The position numbers and the translations under genes are program-made. From Abditibacteriaceae bacterium (GTDB taxonomy: Bacteria; Armatimonadota; Abditibacteriia; Abditibacteriales; Abditibacteriaceae), in contig JANPJS010000179.1 of NCBI GenBank assembly GCA_031425655.1, positions 1-24,653 on the forward strand: a DNA stretch of 24,653 nt. Direction: 5' to 3'. Positions within the stretch are counted from its first letter, which is position 1, and each line of letters starts with the position of its first letter. The notes under the pieces were generated by a model. It saw only the letters and a list, made by a program, of their open reading frames with translations, made no database searches and was not told where the DNA came from. Shown here one piece after another: positions 11,157-19,445 of this stretch.

Positions 11157-11855
11157 ATGACCCATTTCGATGCGCGCTCGGTGCGCGAAAATTATCAGCG
11201 CGACGGTTTTTACATTGTGCCCGATTTGTTCACGAGCCGCGAATGCGAAGCGTGGAAGCGCGAAGCGTTGCGCTTGAGTCAGGCTGTTTCGAGCACGGTT
11301 ATTATCAGCGCGGCGGCCAAATCGGCGGCTTTTCGGGCGCTGTCCGATGATGGGCGCCTCGTCGCGGTTTTACGCGCTTTGATGCCCGATGGGATCGAGT
11401 TTTGGTCGGACAAAACCGTTTACAAATCGGCGCGGCAAGCGTTTGCCACGCCCTGGCATTGCGACGAATCCTACTGGCGGGGCGCGCGGCCCAAAATATC
11501 AGTGTGGATTGCTTTGGATGAAGCTAACGAAAGTAACGGCGCGCTCAAAGTTCTGCCGGGCAGCCACAAGCGCAACTGGGTTCATCACAGCGGCGACATG
11601 GCCGCGACCAACAACGAATTTGAAAACGTCATCACGCCCGATTGGGACGCTGCACAGGAAGTGATTTGCGTTTTGCCGCAGGGCGGCGCGATTTTCTTCA
11701 GCGACCGATTGCTTCACGCTTCGTGTCCTAACCGCGCCGGCACCGACCGTTATTCGCTGATCAGCACTTATCACGCGCCCGGCGAAGAAGCGATTGACAG
11801 GAATTTTCCGGCGCGTCACGTCATCGAATACGCGCCTGCAACGGAGGCGGCTTAA
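11157..11855 (+). CDS. Phytanoyl-CoA dioxygenase (PhyH) family Fe(II)/2-oxoglutarate oxygenase
   Basis: YQRDGF, WHCD (HxD), WIALDEA...NGAL..LPGSHK, LLHAS.PN....R. Start reassigned to ATG 11157 after AAAAGG. Confidence 0.9.
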   Translation: MTHFDARSVRENYQRDGFYIVPDLFTSRECEAWKREALRLSQAVSSTVIISAAAKSAAFRALSDDGRLVAVLRALMPDGIEFWSDKTVYKSARQAFATPWHCDESYWRGARPKISVWIALDEANESNGALKVLPGSHKRNWVHHSGDMAATNNEFENVITPDWDAAQEVICVLPQGGAIFFSDRLLHASCPNRAGTDRYSLISTYHAPGEEAIDRNFPARHVIEYAPATEAA

Positions 11856-11951
11856 CCCGTAAGAACACCTAAACAATATGCGTGATTTTCCATCACACCC
11901 TTTTCACCTCACGGGCTGTCTCACAACCAACTCCCACAACACTCGATTCCT

Positions 11952-13055
11952 ATGATTACCACACAAACCACGCGCCGCGACTTTTTGAAGATGGTTTCCG
12001 CTGCCACGGCTGCCGCCACGATAACGCCCGCCGCTTTTGCGCAGAGCGACGCACCCAAAAAGCTCATCAAGCTCGGCCTCGATAACTTCGCCGTGCGCGA
12101 CATGAAATGGATGGCACCACAACTCATCGCTTACGCCGCGCAACTCAAGACCGACTCGCTCTTCATCACCGATTTCGGGCCGTTCGAGAAGACTGACAAC
12201 GCTTACTTGGGCGACTTGCGCCGGCTGGCCACCGATAACGGTCTTCAGATTCAGCTTGGCTCGTGGAGCATTTGTCCCAGCTCTAAGACGTGGCGTAAAG
12301 ACCCGCGCTGGAACTCGGCAGAGGAGCATCTTGCTCTTGGTATTCGCATGGCCAAAGCCTTAGGTTCGCCGGTTTTTCGCGTCATTCTTGGCAATGCCGA
12401 AGATCGCAAGAGCGAGGGCGGCATCAATGCCCGTATCGCCGACACCGTCAAGGTGCTGAGGAGCCAGCGCACTCTGGCGGTGGATTCCGGGGTCAAGATC
12501 GCAGTAGAGAATCACGCGGGCGACCTGCACTCGACGGAACTGGTGCGGCTTATCGAAGACGCCGGCAAAGATTTCGTGGGTGCGAACATGGATTCCGGCA
12601 ACGCCTGCTGGACGCTGGAAGACCCGCTGCAAAGCCTGGAGAACCTCGGCCCCTACGCGCTTACCACCAGCCTGCGAGACGCCGCGATTTGGGAATATGA
12701 AGACGGCGCGATGGTGCAATGGACGGCTATGGGCGAGGGTCATATCGACCTCAAGAAATACTTCGAGCGCTTTGCCGCATTGTGCCCCGGCGTGCCTGTG
12801 CATATCGAGACCATTTCGGGATTCGCCAAAACTTTCCCTTATCTCAAGCCGGATTTCTGGCAATCCTACTCCACAATCCCGGTGGCTGAGTTCGCAAAGT
12901 TCGTGACGCTGGCCAAGAAAGGCCGGCCCTTCACCACCGTGAAAAACCCTGAAGGCAAAGACCGCACCGAGACCAACCAATTCAGCCAGAAAGCGGAAAT
13001 CGAACGCAGCATCAAGTATTGCCGCGAGATTCTGGGGCTGGGATTGAAGGCATAG
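11952..13055 (+). CDS. Tat-exported sugar phosphate isomerase/epimerase (xylose-isomerase-like TIM barrel)
   Basis: TRRDFLK signal with AFA cleavage site. IAVENH, NMDSGN, SLRD, MGEGHID, IET. Confidence 0.88.
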   Translation: MITTQTTRRDFLKMVSAATAAATITPAAFAQSDAPKKLIKLGLDNFAVRDMKWMAPQLIAYAAQLKTDSLFITDFGPFEKTDNAYLGDLRRLATDNGLQIQLGSWSICPSSKTWRKDPRWNSAEEHLALGIRMAKALGSPVFRVILGNAEDRKSEGGINARIADTVKVLRSQRTLAVDSGVKIAVENHAGDLHSTELVRLIEDAGKDFVGANMDSGNACWTLEDPLQSLENLGPYALTTSLRDAAIWEYEDGAMVQWTAMGEGHIDLKKYFERFAALCPGVPVHIETISGFAKTFPYLKPDFWQSYSTIPVAEFAKFVTLAKKGRPFTTVKNPEGKDRTETNQFSQKAEIERSIKYCREILGLGLKA

Positions 13056-13232
13056 CGAGTTTTGCAAGGTGACTTGGCTCCATTTGGCATTTTCAATTTT
13101 AGAAATCGGGACGGATGCTGCTTAACGCAGCGTCAAACAGTGATACGGAAGCTCCCTGCCTGAAGAAGCACGAGTTTTTCTGAATCGCGCCGGCTTCAGC
13201 CGTAGAGCGCAACATCAAAATAAGGGCTAATT

Positions 13233-14594
13233 ATGCAATCGCAACTGGCTATTCATGGCGGCGCTAAGAGCATACCGGGCGGCGTGCTGCCCAGCCCACC
13301 GACTACGGCGTTAGATGAAGAAATGGTGCTCAAGTCTTTGCGTTCCGGTGCTCATGCCTGGGGCGATAACTGCGAAGCGTTGCAACGCGAATGGGCCTCA
13401 TGGAACGGCAACACGCATTGCGTCGCGCTCAGCAGCGGGACGGCGGCGCTGCACATGGCTCTGGTCGCCTGCGGCATGAAAGCGGGCGATGAAATCCTGA
13501 CGCCCGCCTATTCCTGGACTTCGTCCGCGACCTGCATTCTGCACGGCAACGGCATCCCGGTTTTCGTGGACACCGATCCGATTTATGCCAACATTGATCC
13601 ACACAAAATCGAAGCGGCCATCACACCGCGAACGCGCGGCATTATCGTGGTTCATTTGCATGGAGTGCCGGCTCCGCTCGATGAGATTCTTACCATCGCG
13701 CGCCGTCATAATCTCTTCGTGATTGAAGACGCCTGCCAGGCGCACGGCGCGCTTTATCGTGGCCGCAAAGTTGGCACATTGGGCGATGCCTCAGCCTTCA
13801 GCCTCAATCAAAACAAAATGCTCTCGGCGGGCGAAGGCGGCCTCTTTGTCTGCGATGATGCGGCGAAAGTCGAGCGTGGTCGTTCACTTGTCCTCTTCGG
13901 CGATTTCCGCGAACCGTTAGGCGATTCAGAGGCTTACGGGATGGGTTGGATGTATCGCTATAACGAGTTGTGCGCGGCCTATGCGCGGGCGCAGCTCACG
14001 CAGTTGGACGACGGCATCGCGCACGCCCACCGCTTGTTCGCCATCCTGCGCGCAGGCTTGGCCAAAATGCCCGGTCTGCTGTTGCCGATGGAGCCGGAGT
14101 GGGGCACGGAAAACGGTTACAACTTTGTCTGTCACGTTGATCCGACCGAAATCGGCTATCACGGCCCGGTGAACTTCTTCCGTGAGGCGGTGGTTTCCGC
14201 TTTGGGCGCCGAAGGCGTGCCGGCGAGTGTATGGCAGCGGCGCATTTTGCCGGAAATGGCCGCCATTGCAGGCCGCAATGCCTACGGAAACGGCAGCCCG
14301 TGGCGCGAGCATAATTCGACCGTCAGTTACGATGCGACACAGTTTCCCTCGGCGCTTTATCACTCGGCGAGCTACTTTATCATCGGCGGCCTGCGTCGTC
14401 CCAACACCGAAGAATTAGCGCTTCAGATTGTGGCGGCAGTGCGTAAAGTCTGGGACAACCTTTCCAGTCTCGACATTGATGAAATAGCGCGCCACGCCGA
14501 TGTCAGCATCTACGAACGCGGCTGGAAAAAACATCAGGCCGCTGCGATTCAAGCCGCTCAACACGCCGCCCAGCGGGAACCGTCGCGCGCTTAA
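13233..14594 (+). CDS. DegT/DnrJ/EryC1/StrS family PLP-dependent aminotransferase
   Basis: SSGTAALH, GDEI.TP, VVHLHG, IEDACQAHGA, FSLNQNKMLSAGEGG (PLP lysine), GWMYR. Confidence 0.93.
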   Translation: MQSQLAIHGGAKSIPGGVLPSPPTTALDEEMVLKSLRSGAHAWGDNCEALQREWASWNGNTHCVALSSGTAALHMALVACGMKAGDEILTPAYSWTSSATCILHGNGIPVFVDTDPIYANIDPHKIEAAITPRTRGIIVVHLHGVPAPLDEILTIARRHNLFVIEDACQAHGALYRGRKVGTLGDASAFSLNQNKMLSAGEGGLFVCDDAAKVERGRSLVLFGDFREPLGDSEAYGMGWMYRYNELCAAYARAQLTQLDDGIAHAHRLFAILRAGLAKMPGLLLPMEPEWGTENGYNFVCHVDPTEIGYHGPVNFFREAVVSALGAEGVPASVWQRRILPEMAAIAGRNAYGNGSPWREHNSTVSYDATQFPSALYHSASYFIIGGLRRPNTEELALQIVAAVRKVWDNLSSLDIDEIARHADVSIYERGWKKHQAAAIQAAQHAAQREPSRA

Positions 14595-14599
14595 AGGAA

Positions 14600-14712
14600 T
14601 AGGACTTACGCAGTTGGAGCAACTTTTGTTGAGGACACGCTGTAGCGTGTCCCTACCAGAAATGCGGCTCCCGTAGGGACACGCTACAGCGTGTCCAACT
14701 CCGTAACTCCTA
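14600..14712. mobile_element. MITE-like element enclosing a GTAG-type REP doublet
   Basis: TIRs taggacttacgcagttgga (14600-14618) and tccaactccgtaactccta (14694-14712), 2 mismatches in 19. Perfect 24-bp inverted REPs at 14633-14656 and 14673-14696 (GTAGGGACACGCTACAGCGTGTCC). Confidence 0.85.
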
Positions 14713-14725
14713 AGGATTACAACCC

Positions 14726-16051
14726 ATGACTGAAAATCGTTCCCTTTTAGCCGGATTTGCCGAAGTGGACTGGACGCCGCAGCCGGGCTTGCCGCTTCTG
14801 GGCCAGATGCACGAGCGCATCGCGCAGGGCACGCGCGACCCGTTATTGGCCAATGCAGTCGCTTTGCGGCAGGGAAATGAAACGGTTGTGCTAATTTCGG
14901 TTGACGTTTGCATTCTCGATGAAGAGTTCGTGCAAGGCGCCAAAAAGAAGTGGCAAGAGCGCACCGCGCTCAACCCCGCGCGACTGCTTTTGCACGCCAC
15001 ACACACGCACGTCGCGCCCGCCGCCACTTCGATTCTGATGATGCACGCCTCGAAGGAGTTGCTGGAACATTTGCAAAGCTGCGTCGTGCAGGCGGGAGAA
15101 GCAGCGCTGGCGCGTTTGGAGCCTGTCGAAGTTTTCGCGGGCACCGGACAGATGGAGCAGATGGGTTGGAATCGGCGCGCCATGTTTGAAGACGGCAGCA
15201 GCCGGATGTATGGAAATTCCGACGACGCCGGATTCATCGGCATGGAAGGGCCGCGTGATTCGGCTTTGCCGGTTCTCTTCACGCGCAACGCGCAGGGCGA
15301 CATCACGGGCGTCGTCGTCAATTTTGCCACGCATCCGAATTGCCTCGAAAATGACGTGGCTTACAGTGCTGATATTCCCGGCGCGGCGCGCAAATATTTG
15401 AAACGATTGTTAGGGCAGGGCATAACCGTTGTTTACCTGACGGGCGCGGCGGGAAACACCGCGCCCAGTCTGCTCGATCCGCACGTTACCTCGCAGCCTT
15501 GGCGTGGCGACGCGGGCGTGGAGCGTTCGGGGCTTTATTTGGCCGGGGAAGCGGCTAAAGTCATCGCCGCCACCATTGAGCCGATGGTTTCACCACTTTT
15601 GAATTTGCAACAAACGACGCTTTCGATTCCGCTGCGCCCCTGGCCCCAACCCGGTGAGCCGACCTATTGTGGATGGACGGAAAACAGTGGCGCCAAGTAT
15701 TACGCTTACGCCGCTTCGATATGGCCGGAGCACCTGAAACAGCACAACCCGTGTCCAGTGCGTGTCAACGTGCTCCGCATCGGCGATGCCGTGCTTTGCA
15801 CCAATCCCGCTGAGTTGTTTGTGGAGTTTGACTTGCAAATCCGTGCCGTATCTCCGGCGCGCGTCACTTTTGTGAGTGAGCTATGCGATGGTTACGTCGG
15901 CTACGTTCCCACGCCGCTCGCCTTTTCACGGGGCGGTTATGAAACTTGGTGCGCGCCCAGCAGCCAGCTTGATCCTACCGCCGGCGAGCAAATCGTCTCG
16001 GCCACCGAGGAACTCATGAAAGCGGCGTGGCAAGACGCTGAGATGGCGTAA
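14726..16051 (+). CDS. Neutral/alkaline ceramidase-like metallo-amidohydrolase
   Basis: AGFAEVDWTP, RDPL.A.A..L, HATHTHVAP, NRR, NFATHP, SADIPG, GAAGN, PAELF, GYVPT..AF..GGYE. Confidence 0.8.
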   Translation: MTENRSLLAGFAEVDWTPQPGLPLLGQMHERIAQGTRDPLLANAVALRQGNETVVLISVDVCILDEEFVQGAKKKWQERTALNPARLLLHATHTHVAPAATSILMMHASKELLEHLQSCVVQAGEAALARLEPVEVFAGTGQMEQMGWNRRAMFEDGSSRMYGNSDDAGFIGMEGPRDSALPVLFTRNAQGDITGVVVNFATHPNCLENDVAYSADIPGAARKYLKRLLGQGITVVYLTGAAGNTAPSLLDPHVTSQPWRGDAGVERSGLYLAGEAAKVIAATIEPMVSPLLNLQQTTLSIPLRPWPQPGEPTYCGWTENSGAKYYAYAASIWPEHLKQHNPCPVRVNVLRIGDAVLCTNPAELFVEFDLQIRAVSPARVTFVSELCDGYVGYVPTPLAFSRGGYETWCAPSSQLDPTAGEQIVSATEELMKAAWQDAEMA

Positions 16052-16063
16052 ATTAAAATTTCT

Positions 16064-16960
16064 TCACTTCGGCCAGTAGCCGTCTTTAAGCGCGAAAGTG
16101 CGCGCATCCGCCGGCTCGCTCAAAATGCGATAGCGCGGGCCGCGCGTCCAGTGCGCTTTGCCAAAGAAGAGCGTTTGGAGGTGAGCCGGAATTCGCGCTG
16201 CAAATTCAGCACTCAATTTTCCGCCGTCCCAATAGGGAAACATGGTCGTGCCGTAGCCGCAAATGATGATGGCGCGCTCTTTATCGCTGCGAATCTGGCC
16301 CGTCGCGTGGATCAGAGTTTCGCTGAATAGCAGCGTCGAACCGGCGGGCGCTATCACTTGATGAATAAGCGAGCGGTCTTGGTAAGCGCAGGCTATGAGG
16401 TCTTCGTCCGGCCCATCGAGCTTGTGGCTGCCCGCGACGACAACCGTGCCGCCATCGTCCGGCCCCAAATCGGTCAGGTTGGTCAGAGTTTTCACGAAGC
16501 TGCAATGATAAAGGCCGTTTTTGGTGTGGCTGCCGTAAGGCACATCAATGCCGCGATGGAAACCAAAGTGCGGAGCGGCCTCAAAAGTCTCATCGGGAAT
16601 GCGCGAATTGAGGTGCGCGTTGAATTCTAAAATGCGCGCCTCGCCGCCAATGAGTTCTTCAGCCATACCGACCAAACGAGGATGCGTCGCGTAAGCAGTC
16701 AGCGCCGGATCAGCTTCCAAAATCGAACCCATGTAGACATGATGCGGTTGATTGATAAGCGCGAAAGGAGAACCGGTCGGCGCGGGTTCATCGTTAGTGG
16801 CGCCTTGAAGGTCGCGCTTCACCTTTTGCAATGCGCCGCGAATGGTTTCGCACTCGTCGCGGCTGAGAACATCCGGGACGAGGACGTAACCGAAGATTTC
16901 CAGATGGTAACGCTGGCCCGGCGTAAGAGCCGGAAATGGTCGTTCGAAAGTTGGATTCAT
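16064..16960 (-). CDS. PhyH-family Fe(II)/2OG enzyme with atypical HxG motif
   Basis: FGYVLVPDVLS, HP.L...AEELIG, FHRG (H135-R-G137), LTDLGPDDGGT.VVAGSHK, AGS.LLFSETLIH (H218), R229. Confidence 0.85.
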   Translation of the reverse strand: MNPTFERPFPALTPGQRYHLEIFGYVLVPDVLSRDECETIRGALQKVKRDLQGATNDEPAPTGSPFALINQPHHVYMGSILEADPALTAYATHPRLVGMAEELIGGEARILEFNAHLNSRIPDETFEAAPHFGFHRGIDVPYGSHTKNGLYHCSFVKTLTNLTDLGPDDGGTVVVAGSHKLDGPDEDLIACAYQDRSLIHQVIAPAGSTLLFSETLIHATGQIRSDKERAIIICGYGTTMFPYWDGGKLSAEFAARIPAHLQTLFFGKAHWTRGPRYRILSEPADARTFALKDGYWPK

Positions 16961-18267
16961 GGAAAAGGCCTTGTTTCGGGTTTGACACCGATGCTTTCGG
17001 CGGGAATACGCAGCAGCGTATAGGGATAAAGAATCAGCGCATAAAGACTGTCGTCGCGCGCGGCGATCAATCCCTGATGCCCGTGCAACGGCGTGAGCGT
17101 GCCGTCGGGCAGAGTGTGATAACCGTGACTCCAGGGCGGTTTTGTGCCGTCGGCGCGCGGGCTGAAGTCGAAGAAATCGGGGTTTCTGACGGCTAAAACG
17201 CCCAAGTCTGCCGTCTTTTTGCTTTTGGGATCATAGCGCGTCAGGTGGTGCAAGGAACCGCTGCCAAAGCCGGTTTCGTTGTCAACTTTGACAATGACGT
17301 AAACGCGGCCATCGGGCGCAACAGTTAGTGAACTGCGTGAGTCGGGATTGCGGCCTTGCAGCATTCGACCCAAGATTTTACCTTTTACGATTCCTTTACC
17401 GCCCAAATCGAGGCGCAGCAAAGTCGGATCGTTCATCAAAATCAGGTAGGCGCTTTTGCGGTCGGGTGTCAGTTGCCACGTTGGAATCGCTGCGTCGCTT
17501 GCGCGCTGCCATTTGGCGCCGTTCACTTCGATGTCGCGCAGCGTCGCGACGCGTGTGGAAGGGTCATAAGTCGCTATACGAGAATCGGCGGTAATGACAT
17601 GAGCGCGGCCTTCTTTGTCCAGCAAAGTCGCAGCATAGTTGGTCGGGAGCGGGCCTATTTCGCGCCAGTTCTTACCCGCGATGTCGCCGATCATCCAGTG
17701 CGATTTTTTGTCGTCGCCCCACGAAGTCACAGCATAGAGCAGCCCGCGCGCCTCGTTGGCGACTATGTCAATGATACCTTCGCCCGCGAGCGGCATACCC
17801 AGACTGCGAGCGCGACCCGTCTGGGGATCGTAGGCCATGGCATAGCCGCCGGGATACTGCGAATTATCGCCGGGAAGGTTGCGATAACCTTCCTGACTGC
17901 CGCAATAAATGGTGCCCGAAGCGCCCACGAAATTGCGCGTGTGAATCTTCGACTGCGCCGCGTAGCCATTAGCGGTCAGGCCATTGACTTTGTTGGTATC
18001 AATGACGATTTTCTGCGTTTGCGTTTTGGAATCGAACTCGACTAAATAGCCGTTGATGTTGTATTTCGCCGTGCCAACATAAATCTTGCCGTCCAACCCT
18101 TCGATGATCGAAAAGTAACCCGATTCATCGGAATGGGTTTCCGGCAAAATGTGGAAAGCCGTGCCCCAAACGTAGGGAAACGGCGCTTTGACTGGCGCCG
18201 TTGGGACTTGCGCTTGCAAGGGGCACAATAGCAACACCAGCAGGACGAAAATGCGAAAAATGTTCAT
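16957..18267 (-). CDS. Secreted beta-propeller-like hypothetical protein
   Basis: Sec signal MNIFRIFVLLVLLLCPLQA. Repeated blade motifs (DGKIYVGT, YDPQTG, YDPST, DGRVY, YDPKSKK). ATGA overlap with the downstream PhyH gene. Confidence 0.75.
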   Translation of the reverse strand: MNIFRIFVLLVLLLCPLQAQVPTAPVKAPFPYVWGTAFHILPETHSDESGYFSIIEGLDGKIYVGTAKYNINGYLVEFDSKTQTQKIVIDTNKVNGLTANGYAAQSKIHTRNFVGASGTIYCGSQEGYRNLPGDNSQYPGGYAMAYDPQTGRARSLGMPLAGEGIIDIVANEARGLLYAVTSWGDDKKSHWMIGDIAGKNWREIGPLPTNYAATLLDKEGRAHVITADSRIATYDPSTRVATLRDIEVNGAKWQRASDAAIPTWQLTPDRKSAYLILMNDPTLLRLDLGGKGIVKGKILGRMLQGRNPDSRSSLTVAPDGRVYVIVKVDNETGFGSGSLHHLTRYDPKSKKTADLGVLAVRNPDFFDFSPRADGTKPPWSHGYHTLPDGTLTPLHGHQGLIAARDDSLYALILYPYTLLRIPAESIGVKPETRPFP

Positions 18268-18424
18268 CGTGGAGGGTTAACATAACTTTACCAACTGTTT
18301 GAGCATAACCTGTGTCTCTACCTATATGACCGACCCAACAACTGAAAACATTGATAATCTCAAGCTATCGAACGAAGCCTGCTAAACGCGAACTAAAGCC
18401 CGGCAAAATCTTGCGTGGAGAACG

Positions 18425-19201
18425 ATGACCATACAATTGGAGCAACTCGAACGCGACGGCTACACGGTTTTTCCAAATTTTCTCGACAGGAAAATAACGG
18501 CGAAACTGCGTGATCATATCAATTCGCTGTTACCGCCGGCGCTGCCCAAAGCAGCAACAGGAGCGCGGCGTGTCAACGAATTGCGTCATCCGATTCCGGG
18601 CGCGATTATGGCCGAAGTTCTCGATAATCCGCGTCTGCTCGAATTGGCCCGGCAGATTTTGCACGCGCGCGATTTGCGCCTTTTAGAACAAGTCCTGATT
18701 CGCACCGATTGCCAGCAAGCTGTGCCCGGCGCGACCGGCTGGCACATTGACATGGCGTTTTTGCCCGAACATTACCATGCGCGCCCGCGCCAGACTTATT
18801 TTCAAATGGTTCACGCCCTGAACACGATTCCACCTCATGGCGGCGCGACGATGATCCTGCCCGGCTCGCATCACAAAACCTACCAGGCAGCGCAAAAACT
18901 GGGGCTGGACGGATTAGAAACACTCAAGGCTGATCCTATCGGCGCCGCCGCCCTTGACCTCGACGATGTGATCGAAGTGCGCGCCAACGAAGGCGACTTG
19001 TTTGTCTTCAATCCGATGTGTTTGCATTCGGCCTCTACCAATTTGTCGAATCAGCCGCGCTACGTTTATTTCGCCTCCTTCATGGATAAGTCCGCCGCGC
19101 ACCTGAAGGAGCATTTGAAAAAAGTCAATTATCAGCGTGCTGTTCCCGATTCGCTGCGCGGGAATCTGCGCGCCGAATTGCTGCCGTTATTGGCCGATTA
19201 A
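18425..19201 (+). CDS. PhyH-family Fe(II)/2OG oxygenase
   Basis: LERDGY, WHID (HxD), GGAT..LPGSH, GD...FNP..LHSAS.N....R. GGAGAA RBS. Confidence 0.9.
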   Translation: MTIQLEQLERDGYTVFPNFLDRKITAKLRDHINSLLPPALPKAATGARRVNELRHPIPGAIMAEVLDNPRLLELARQILHARDLRLLEQVLIRTDCQQAVPGATGWHIDMAFLPEHYHARPRQTYFQMVHALNTIPPHGGATMILPGSHHKTYQAAQKLGLDGLETLKADPIGAAALDLDDVIEVRANEGDLFVFNPMCLHSASTNLSNQPRYVYFASFMDKSAAHLKEHLKKVNYQRAVPDSLRGNLRAELLPLLAD

Positions 19202-19445
19202 AACCCTCATTAGCACCGGCAATGAGTGATCGTTCCTTGAAAGAGATACTGCCGGCGCATTCACCAAAACGGTTAAAGCATCTCGAATATGGGAGATACT
19301 GACTCAATATTCTCGCCGAAGGCGTTTGCACCAGGCCGGCAAAAGCGCAGGGAAGGTGTATTAAAGCGTCGTTCCCGCGTCTTTAGCCATGTGTTGCTGA
19401 AAACCGATAGCACTGACTCATAATCAGACGCTCTATGTTACCAAT

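Noticed and set aside
13113..13133. Short hairpin gatgctgc-ttaac-gcagcgtc after the TIM-barrel gene
   Set aside because: No U-tract and too short to call a terminator or riboswitch.
18326..18385. 19-aa ORF MTDPTTENIDNLKLSNEAC upstream of PhyH as a possible leader or precursor peptide
   Set aside because: No RBS, no attenuator structure and no RiPP context; cannot be supported.
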